A stretch of 64,000 bases of DNA from assembly GCA_964035575.1 (NCBI GenBank), contig OZ037845.1, positions 1,488,001 through 1,552,000 of the forward strand, given 5' to 3'. The translations under genes and the position numbers were made by a program. Positions 38,082 to 47,517 of the stretch are shown one piece after another (the first letter of the stretch is position 1; each line of letters opens with the position of its first letter). The notes under the pieces were generated by a model. That model worked only from the letters and a program-made list of their open reading frames with translations, made no database searches and had not been told where the DNA came from. This DNA is from Rhynchopus sp. YZ270_cl-10. Lineage: Eukaryota.

Positions 38082-39065
38082 ATGGCAGAGCAAAGTGCCT
38101 TGGAGCGGGCCCTGCCGTGCTTGAGGGGTGGGGGAGATGTGGTCGTCGTGACCCCAGCTGCGCCTGCGTCTGCCTGCATCGCGCCTGTATTGGAGCTCAT
38201 AGAGGAGGGTACCGTGCGGACTGTGCTTCTTGTTGTGAACGACCCTGAGTCGTACATCAATGCAGTGCGCAACGTGAACATCTCCATCGACACTACAGAC
38301 ACAGACACAGACACACCACAGGTTCTAGTCGGCACTCCGCACCAGCTTCTTATGAGGGAGGATTTCCCTGTAGATATGGTGTACATCTGTGCGTACGGCT
38401 TTGATGCGGCGCGCTATGAAGCGGCTGTGGTGTTGGTCAAAACGCTTGCGTTGCAGGTGTGTGTCATCGCGCCTGCGGTGTGTACGTTGCTTACGAAGGT
38501 GGAGGCAGCGTGCAACCACCCGGTACGCATTGTGGTGAGGGAGCGCGTTGAAACGGCGTGCGACTTTACGCAGTTCTACATTGCAGTGGAGGAGGCGTTC
38601 AAGGTCGAGACGCTGTTCGACCTATACGACAGTGTCTCCATCATACGCTCTGTCATTCTCTGTCAATGCCGCACCACAGCAGACTCCCTGCGGCAGCAGA
38701 TGGTCTCCGTAGGCCACAACGTAGGTGTGCTGCACGGAAACTCCTCTGAGCAAGACATAGTGTCCACGGTAAGAGACTTCTGTACAGGGAGCATCCGGGT
38801 CATGATCCTCACGCTTGACGATATACTAAAGAACGTAGGGAAAGACATTAGCCACCATCGCTGGCTCGCAATTTTTTACAGTGTACCCGCGCAGAGCGAA
38901 CACTATATCCACAACTTCTGCTCCAGACGCCGCTACGGCCACATGCACGACGTGATATACTTCTTCAGTGCAGCAGAAACAGGCATGCTCCTAGAGATGA
39001 ACGCATACTACAGAGACGCCATCCACGAGCTGCCCATGGATCTCTCAGCAGCCCTAACGCATTAG
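38082..39065 (+). CDS. Highly divergent intronless eIF4A-like protein, predicted catalytically inactive (327 aa)
   Basis: Colinear with eIF4A ([49 protein letters not shown]) but lacks the GKT, DEAD, SAT and HRIGR motifs. Confidence 0.85.
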   Translation: MAEQSALERALPCLRGGGDVVVVTPAAPASACIAPVLELIEEGTVRTVLLVVNDPESYINAVRNVNISIDTTDTDTDTPQVLVGTPHQLLMREDFPVDMVYICAYGFDAARYEAAVVLVKTLALQVCVIAPAVCTLLTKVEAACNHPVRIVVRERVETACDFTQFYIAVEEAFKVETLFDLYDSVSIIRSVILCQCRTTADSLRQQMVSVGHNVGVLHGNSSEQDIVSTVRDFCTGSIRVMILTLDDILKNVGKDISHHRWLAIFYSVPAQSEHYIHNFCSRRRYGHMHDVIYFFSAAETGMLLEMNAYYRDAIHELPMDLSAALTH

Positions 39066-39237
39066 CCAGAGTTTGCTTGCCTATGCTCTGGCCTGAAAAA
39101 TAAATAAAGAACGTGAAAAAGAACAATAGACAGGTGGGGTTTTTTACTATAAGTTTGCTATGTTTGGTCACTTCCAGTGACCAAACTTCCTCTCCCACCC
39201 TCAACACAACACACCAGAGACAAATAAGACATCAATC

Positions 39238-41053
39238 ATGGCTGAGGCAAAGCACGAGCCCCGTGACCACGACTCCTTCCAGGATGACACCCTCCCCGAC
39301 GACGTCAAGGTTGTCCCGTCTTTCGACGAGATGCCCCTGCACACCAACCTTCTCCGTGGAATTTACTCCTACGGGTATGCAGTCTTTGCTTCCTTTCCTG
39401 TCACACAACACTTTTGTAATCATTTCACCCCCACCACAGATTCGAGAAGCCGTCTGCCATCCAGCAGCGCGCGATCATCCCTTTCATCAAGGGAGGTGAC
39501 CTGATCGCCCAGGCCCAGTCCGGAACCGGCAAGACCGGAGCCTTCACGATTGGTCTCCTCCAGCGCATGGACTGGACCAACCGTGCCTGCCAGGGACTTG
39601 TCCTCTCGCCCACCCGCGAGCTGGCCACCCAGACCGAGAGCGTGATCTCCTCCATTGGAGAGTACCTCTGTGACGGACCGTTCTGCCACACCTTCGTGGG
39701 TATGTTGCTTGTTTTGTGTTTTATTTTGCGTCTGTTGTTTTGTCTCGTTTGGGTCTGTGATGACATTGAATACACCGCAACGGTCTGACCTGCTTCTTTG
39801 CGATGCTTACAACCGTATTGACGTCCCCTTCATTGGGGGCAACTGAGATCCTCTCACCTGTGTGTTCCCTTTCAACTGCTTCCAGCGCGCCATGTGTCCC
39901 CTTGCTTCCACATGAGGTACGGGTCAGATAGGATCGCAAGACACCCATCCACACACAAAGCTTCACACCACGCAGTAATGATGATATTGTAAATACATCC
40001 GCAACGGTCTTGATGAGCCTGTTCGCAGGCGATGGTTAGAACTCTTTCTTCGTATTACACTGACACTCTTCACTCTGTCGTTACCGTCATTTTTTGTGTT
40101 TTGTTGTTTGTTTTTGTGACCTGACACTTTTTCACCCTTGTCTTTTCTCACCACAGGAGGAACCCGTGTGACTGACGATCTCGCCAAGCTCCAGAAGGGA
40201 GTTCTGGTGGCTGTCGGAACCCCCGGACGTGTGTTCGACGTTATCAAACGTGGAGCCCTGAAGACCGATCACCTTAAGGTATGCAAGAAAGCCCGTTGAC
40301 GACAACACCAACAACACAGCACACACACGACACACACACACACACAACACACAACACACACAGGTGCTCTGCCTTGACGAGGCTGACGAGATGCTTTCCC
40401 AGGGATTCTCCGAGCAGATCTACGAGATCTTCAAGTTCCTCCCCAAGGAGGTGCAGGTGTGCCTGTTCTCCGCCACCATGCCCCCGGAGGTGCTGGACCT
40501 GACCCAGAAGTTCATGCGTGAGCCCATCCGTATCCTTGTGAAGAAGGAGGCCCTGACCCTTGAGGGAATCAAGCAGTTCTACGTGGCTGTTGAGGAGGAG
40601 TACAAGCTCGAGACCCTCATGGACCTGTACGACTCCGTGTCGATTGCGCAGTCTGTGATCTTCTGCAACACCCGCCGGAAGGTCGACTGGCTGTCCGAGA
40701 AGATGAACGACAAGGAGTTCACCGTGTCGTTCATGCACGCGGACATGCAGAAGGGAGAGCGTGAAAAGGTGATGAAGGTGTTCCGCTCTGGATCGTCGCG
40801 TGTGCTGATCTCGACCGATCTGCTTGCCCGTGGTATCGACGTGCAGCACGTTTCCATCGTGATCAACTTCGACCTTCCCGCCAACAGAGAGAACTACCTT
40901 CACCGTATCGGTCGTTCCGGACGTTACGGACGTAAGGGTGTTGCCATCAACTTCGTCAACACCAAGGACGTCCCTCTGCTCAAGGAGCTCCAGGAGTTCT
41001 ACAACACCACCATCGAGGAGCTCCCCATGGACTTCGCCTCCCACTTGGAGTAG
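39238..41053 (+). CDS. eIF4A: eIF4A copy F5; introns 39375-39439, 39700-40156, 40279-40363
   Basis: Same exons as F1 (MAEAK start), with a distinct 5' flank. Confidence 0.96.
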
Positions 41054-42848
41054 AACTGCGGTTGCAGTTGTCATTTTTTTTTTATTTGCAGGAACTTGCC
41101 TATGTGTCCCGATGACCCATTTCCTCCCACCCACCCGATCAGATTTAGTCAGAAGAGTTGTGCCGTCTCATGTTCCTATCAGCTAGCTTTTAGGTTCCAT
41201 GAGGCGCAGTTTTTTTTTTTTATTTTTGAAATGCTATTTCTGGACGACCTGATGCGCTGCAGTCTTTTCTGTTAGTGTACCATCTTTGTCTTAGGCGCGC
41301 ATTTTTTTTTTTTTTTTGTTTTTTGGAGAAGCTTTTTTTTTGTTTTTATTTTGAGTAAACGCGTTTTTCCGCTCTTTCGGAGTCGGGTGCGACCGTTTTA
41401 CATTTTAGTTTTTTTATTTTTTGCAACCACATCTGTCCAGAAGGCTGAACTACCCCCTTTTCTTGCCGCACTTCAACGGAGGGAAGGCTCATTTTGAGTC
41501 TTCAAGCTGTCTGTGGTAAGGCCTGGGGGTTTTTCTCTATTTTTTTTTTTTTTTTTTTATTGTTTCCCCACCCCCTTCTGTTTTCGGTTGTGTCGCAGTT
41601 AATGCTTTATTTTCATGGTTTTCTTTATCAAAGGGCAGAAGTATTTCTTTTATTTTAGGATCTTTTGGGAAGATAACGGCAAAATGCCATATTTTTTATT
41701 TGGAGTTTGTATGACAAACATTCATTTTTTTTATTTTATTTTTATCAAAGGTAACTAAGCACAGTGCGGCTTAAGTTCATCTTTCAGGGTTTCTTTTGAT
41801 TTTCTTTTTATTGGGTCTGTTGAAGGGAGACTCTTTGTAAGATCATGTGTGCACGAGAGGTTCCTTATCTTACAAAATTTTCTTTTTAATCCAATTTCCC
41901 CCCCTCCCCAACCCAGGGAAGAGTCCCCCTTTTTTGAAGAGACTCAATATGCAATAATATAAGAAAACGAAAATGGACAACAAAGAAAATAAAATTGGAA
42001 ACTTCATTTTTCCGAAGTTTTTTTATTTATTTATTTTGGGGAAGAGATACCCTACGGGTGGCAGGGTGCAAAGTCCACCGCCACAACGTTATCCCCGAAA
42101 AAAACATTTTTGTTCCCATTCTCGATGTAGTTTTTTTTAAGGTGACTAAACACGAGAGGCTTATGTTCATCTAAAAAAACTTTTTTTTTTTTTTTTTTTG
42201 ATCTGTGCACGAGAGGCACATTTCATCTTGAGATATTTTTCTATCAATAATTGAATTGGTAGAGATATCACCCATTTTTTTGGTTTTCTGTTCCTTTTTT
42301 TTTCTTCTAGAAGTTTTAGGGAAGTACTTCAAGGTGGGGGGAAAAGTAAGGGACAGACGACCTACGTACTGCTAACATTTGTTAGGTGTGTGTGCACGAG
42401 GGGAGCATTCATCTTACAAGTTTTCTTTGTTACCCACCCCCTTCCTCATCCAAAATCCCTTTTTGATTTCTCCGATCAGAACGTTTTGTGTTCCTCTGTC
42501 TTGATATGGGCCGTAGCGTGTTGGTCGGGAGGCATTTTTATTTTTATTTTTTTGCTTTCTTTTGTGGGGGTTGGGGTGTTTCTTAAGGAAATTTGTTATG
42601 TTTCCTCAAGGAATTGCATTTTCTGTTTCCAAACGAAAGCGTGGGGGGAGGAGAGAGCGGGGGTCACCCTTCTCTCTCTCTCGCTCTGCTGTGCTCTCGT
42701 CTTCCGGTTTAAAAATGGGGGAAAAAAACCAACAAGGAAAAGCAGAAAGAAAAAAAAAAATGGCGGGAAAAAAGGCAGTTGCGTAAAAAAAAAGGGTTCC
42801 CTTTTTTAAGATGTTGCCGTCAACTGTGATCGTCACTTTCAACTGCTT

Positions 42849-43031
42849 CCAGCGCGCCATGTGTCCCCTTGCTTCCACATGAGGTACGGGTCAGATAGGA
42901 TCGCAAGACACCCATCCACACAAAGCTTCACACCACGCAGTAATGATGATATTGTAAATACATCCGCAACGGTCTTGATGAGCCTGTTCGCAGGCGATGG
43001 TTAGAACTCTTTCTTCGTATTACACTGACAC
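42849..43031 (+). ncRNA. Extra-intronic copy 1 of the eIF4A intron-2 cassette (middle element plus C/D snoRNA 2)
   Basis: Matches 14190-14372 base for base by eye. Confidence 0.7.
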
Positions 43032-43067
43032 CATGCAACGGTGATCAACAGGAATACTTCGCACCAC

Positions 43068-43250
43068 CCAGCGCGCCATGTGTCCCCTTGCTTCCACATG
43101 AGGTACGGGTCAGATAGGATCGCAAGACACCCATCCACACAAAGCTTCACACCACGCAGTAATGATGATATTGTAAATACATCCGCAACGGTCTTGATGA
43201 GCCTGTTCGCAGGCGATGGTTAGAACTCTTTCTTCGTATTACACTGACAC
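43068..43250 (+). ncRNA. Extra-intronic copy 2 of the same cassette
   Basis: Tandem duplicate from CCAGCGCGCC to ACTGACAC, after a 36-nt spacer. Confidence 0.7.
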
Positions 43251-43409
43251 ACCCACACCCCCACCTCCACCTTTCACTTTCATCCACACTTCATTGTACC
43301 ACTCTTCTCCACCACACTTGCGACCTACCCAACCTCTGACCCCTTACTCCTCCCACCCACCCCCAAACATTTTCACACCTCACATCCTACAACAGACCCA
43401 CACAAAATC

Positions 43410-44402
43410 ATGCGGGTCACCGGCGCAGTCGTTGTTGTTGGGTGCATAGCGGGGTCGTACAAATGGTCTGGCTGGACCGGTGTTGCACTAGCCGGGGGTG
43501 GGCTCTGCGTCGGGCTCATCCTGCCTCTCATCACAGCACCGAAGAAGGCAAAATTTGAGGGCGGCTACGAGGAGCTGGACCACACCCTTTTGAACATCGT
43601 CGCCGACACACAATGGATGAACCTCGGGATGTGGTCTGTTGCTACTCCGATGAATGGAAAGACACCTGAACTCTATCACGTCGCGTGCGCACGCTTGGCA
43701 CACCATTTAGGCAATTTTTGCAGCCTTTCCCCTAATGACAGTGTTTTGGACGTCGGGTTTGGGAGGGGACAGCAGTGTTTGTATTGGTTTGACACCTTTG
43801 AGATTAAGTCGTTGGTTGGGGTGAATATTTCGCCGAATGAGGTGGCTGCGGCGCAGGCGAAGTTGGGGAGGACACAGCATAAGGAGAAGGTGCGTTTTGA
43901 GGTGGGGAGCGCGACTGCGCTGGAGGCAGTAGCGAAGGGGGAGCAGTTCTCTGTGGTGCTGTCGTTGGATTCTGCGTATCATTACGCGCCTTCGAGGGTA
44001 GGGTTTTTGGAGCAGAGCTTTGCCGCACTGCAGCCAGGCGGGAGGTTCGCAGCAGCGGACATTGTTGCAGTGCGTCCTCTGTCCTCATGGTCGTTCCCAG
44101 CACGGTGCATACTGCGTATGGTCTGCACCTTCTCGTCGCTCCCTGAGAGTAACCTTGTCACTCTCGTAGAGTATGAAGCGCAGCTCAAGGCAATAGGCTA
44201 CACAGACATCCGATCAGAGTCGATTGGGGCAGATGTGTTTCCAGGGTTCGCGTCGTTCCTGCGAAGGCATGAGAGAACGTTGGAAGGTGTGGCGCAGACG
44301 CATGTGTGGAGGAGGTATCGTCTCGTTGCATCTCTCGCAGACTACGTCCACTTCAACGATGTCCTCGACTTTGTGGTTGTCACTGCGAAGAAGCCGGAAT
44401 AG
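43410..44402 (+). CDS. Class I SAM-dependent methyltransferase with hydrophobic N-terminus (small-molecule/lipid type)
   Basis: WMNLGMW, motif I VLDVGFGRG, VGVNIS, FSVVLSLDSAYHY, LQPGGRF. Confidence 0.9.
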   Translation: MRVTGAVVVVGCIAGSYKWSGWTGVALAGGGLCVGLILPLITAPKKAKFEGGYEELDHTLLNIVADTQWMNLGMWSVATPMNGKTPELYHVACARLAHHLGNFCSLSPNDSVLDVGFGRGQQCLYWFDTFEIKSLVGVNISPNEVAAAQAKLGRTQHKEKVRFEVGSATALEAVAKGEQFSVVLSLDSAYHYAPSRVGFLEQSFAALQPGGRFAAADIVAVRPLSSWSFPARCILRMVCTFSSLPESNLVTLVEYEAQLKAIGYTDIRSESIGADVFPGFASFLRRHERTLEGVAQTHVWRRYRLVASLADYVHFNDVLDFVVVTAKKPE

Positions 44403-44839
44403 AAGGGAAAATAAATGTGTTTTTGTTTCTTTCGGCGGAACTCTGCAACCGATTAGGAAAATTATTATGTTTTGCAAAACGTATTCAATAATGTCTCATC
44501 TCTGCTGCTCTTCAGGAATGGGGCGCCGTTTGTGTTTTGTTGCGTTGGGCCTGTGATTTTGTTGATTTTAAAATAACGTTAGCATCGCTTTGAGGGTAAT
44601 GCCTTTAGCAAAGAAGAACAGAAAAGAACTTAAGGGGGCGGGGAGGGGAGTGGATGGATAAAGAGGAAACCAGCAAAAATATTCGGCTTCCCCTTTTTTT
44701 GTGTTGTACGGTGGGTCGTTACACGCTATCGACCGATAAAATGCCCTTGATGGGGATATTGCCACCTAAAATAAAAGACCTTTTTAGCGACGTTGTTACC
44801 ATAGTTGAGGGGGGTGCGTCGTTCTGTGCTGATATATCT

Positions 44840-44998
44840 TTGGGCCATCTATGAACGGGGAGAGATTTTTTAGGTACACTGTCACGAGAGGACTGTTGTA
44901 TTTCAAGTCAACTTTTTTTTTCACTAGCTCTCAGTAAGCTCTCACAGGCTCTCAGAGCCTGTTGCGTTGTCTCACGGAGACGATCATAGATGGTCCAA
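44840..44998 (-). mobile_element. Short copy of the TIR element that spans 53434-60042
   Basis: Ends TTGGGCCATCTATGAACGGGGAGAGA and CACGGAGACGATCATAGATGGTCCAA match the reverse complement of the long element's ends; only ~4 decamer units inside. Confidence 0.8.
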
Positions 44999-45371
44999 TA
45001 TGCGCTTTTTACAAAAACTACATCTCTGATCTTCAAGGGCAGTCTGTGCGCACTTCCTAGCCTTTCAAAATAAGGTGCTTGGGGTGCAGAGCCTCTGGGT
45101 GATTGTCGATACAAAAATGCTGTCATTTCCCTTTTTTTCCATGAAAGGTGATAATACAAACAGCGCTTCGCTTTTCTCAATGCATTTCATATGTTCATTT
45201 AAATGTGTCTGAGTCCTTTTGCGGGCTATACACATTCCCATTTTCACCCCCTTTTTTCCCTCCAGCCAGCTTGGTCTCAAAGAATCCGTCTGTTACGAGA
45301 CACAGGGAGACAGGCTTTCAAAAAACCCCCCCTTCGCCAAGCGTGTTCCCCGCATGACAACGATAGTGGAA

Positions 45372-46220
45372 ACATATGGGTCCGTCCGGAAACCCTCCTG
45401 GTAAGATTCATCCTTTTGGGGGTTTTTTGAGGTTTTTCTGCTCAAAACACCCAAACAACCCAATTTTTTGATACCCACCATACACCTACCACCCCAGAGG
45501 GCATATTTTGGGCATTTATTTTTGTTTATTTCCCCTCCCCCCCTTTTTACTTATATTTTTTTACGTATTTTTGGACATTTCATAAACGTGGCAATGACAG
45601 CAGTGAAGTTCACTTTTTTGTCGAGAAACACGGTAAGAATGGGTGCGACGCACACTTGGTGTCGTTTCGAACCATCTCTCTGATGATTCTTGTTGTCAGG
45701 AGATCCTTACCGTAGGGGTCATTGTCGGTGCCCTGCGCGAGCTTCCCCACACAGAGGCCTTTGTTATCTCATTCCCTCGTACTCATACGTATCAGTGCAC
45801 CCTTCTTTCCATCAATCTCTTTTCTTCTGTGTACTGCTACCCGAGCAACGGTCGTGTCATTTCAGCGTGTACTCTGACACGGAGGGAACCTTTATTTACT
45901 ATGGAGTCTCCACATCCAAGGTGACCCGCAAAGCAAAAGTCCCTGGCATTGACCCAGTAGATTTGACAGAGGTCAATGAAACCTTGTCAAGGCGGCATGG
46001 CAGGATTAAGAGAAAGAGAGAAGAGATCCAGAAGAACGACAATAAAAGGCTGAAAATCTGATTAAAAAAGCGAAAATACAGCCTCAGACCCCCCCAAAAA
46101 CCTATTTTCATATCAGAATATCACCTAGATGCACTTTTTGTGGGGGACATCATCAAAAAAACCCAAAAATACCCAAAAGGATGAATCTTACCAGAGGGGT
46201 TTCCGGACGAGTCCATATGT
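45372..46220. mobile_element. Non-autonomous TIR element
   Basis: ~50-bp imperfect inverted ends ACATATGG..CGTCCGGAAACCC..CTGGTAAGATTCATCCTTTTGGG and its complement at ~46172-46220; TSD unclear. Confidence 0.75.
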
Positions 46221-46799
46221 ATGTAGGTTGCATTCATTTTCTCGTTCTTGACGTGTGAATAAGGCACGTTCAATCTTTCAAGTTTCTCTTCGTTTTCTTC
46301 GTTTTCTTCGTTTTTTTCTCTTCAAAGGTTGACCAGGAGAGATGGAAGGTGTTTTTCTTTTGTCACCTCATGAAATGAAGGAGAAAATAGAAACAAAGCA
46401 TTTTGAACACACTTTGCGGTTCTAGGGACGACCCGCGCTGCAGAGCCACTCCTCACCCAAACAGGTCGAGGTGTGTGCGTTTCACCACAACCTGTCTCCC
46501 ATGGGTTTTATCGTGCGATGAATGTTAAGTTTCTATTTTTTCTTTTAACCGCAGGGTAGCGCCATCTGCACCACAACAAACAACTTCCTCTTTTGCCCCC
46601 CCTCCCATTTGTTTGCACCACATTTTCCCCCCTCCTTCATATTCAGCACAGATACACCTCAGAATCGTTGCCTCAATAGGGGAACAACACAATCATTCTT
46701 TTGTCCCTTCTCCCATGCTACGGCATTTGTAAAAAGGATACTGAAGCTTAGGTCAGGGATCATCTTCCAATTTGATTGCCACTTTTTGTCACCTTTCCT

Positions 46800-47222
46800 A
46801 TGCATAAAAAAAGCATTCCGATTTACCGGCGGACCGATTCCATTGGATGGGGGGTACGGCGAGGGAGTATTGACTGTAAAGACACGGCGCCTGTTGTGGC
46901 TGTAACGCGTACACAGGACTTGCAGTGCCATCTTTGCGACAGAGAGCTGCAGGCTGCGCAGGCGTTCTGTACGGGGTGCGGTACAAAGCGTGGCGATGTG
47001 CTCAAACGTGTCACCACCTGTGGACGATGCGGGCTTCCCCTCTCAGCAAACCATCTCTTCTGCACGTCCTGTGGAGTCTCTGTAGATGATGACACCTCCC
47101 GTGAGCAACTCTACGAAGCGGTCTTGACCTTCAAAACCGGCCAGAAACGCATCGCAAAACTCTGCCACTCAGAAACGCTGCAAGGAAGGAAAGAGACGGG
47201 GCGTTTTAAAAAAGTGGGGTGA
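46800..47222 (+). CDS. Small double zinc-ribbon protein (possibly spliced at 47214-47312 to a further short exon)
   Basis: CHLC-x-FCTGCG and CGRC-x-FCTSCG pairs; GT...(T)n GTAG candidate intron. Start and end uncertain. Confidence 0.6.
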   Translation: MHKKSIPIYRRTDSIGWGVRRGSIDCKDTAPVVAVTRTQDLQCHLCDRELQAAQAFCTGCGTKRGDVLKRVTTCGRCGLPLSANHLFCTSCGVSVDDDTSREQLYEAVLTFKTGQKRIAKLCHSETLQGRKETGRFKKVG

Positions 47223-47275
47223 AAAGGGGGGAAGGGTGGCTGGGTGGGGGGTGGGGGAGGTTTTGATAGGTTGTG

Positions 47276-47306
<31 letters not shown>

Positions 47307-47517
47307 TTGTAGGGCGGCAAGAGTACGGCTTCCGTCGACTTTGCTAGACAAGTGTATTTCATTCAAAAACGTCAAGAAGAAGAAAAAGAAGAATCGGCCA
47401 CAAAATTTTGTTTGCGGTATTAGGCATTTTGATCCACCCCGCGCATTCATTGTTATGTATTTCTGTTAAGGCGTTTGGTCCTCCAACTGTACACATTGTG
47501 CGTTGCGGTTTTCCGCA

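Noticed and set aside
14581..41134. Antisense ORFs of 250-300 aa opposite eIF4A (and similar ones opposite the Rh genes)
   Set aside because: Shadow frames caused by strong codon bias; no recognisable motifs.
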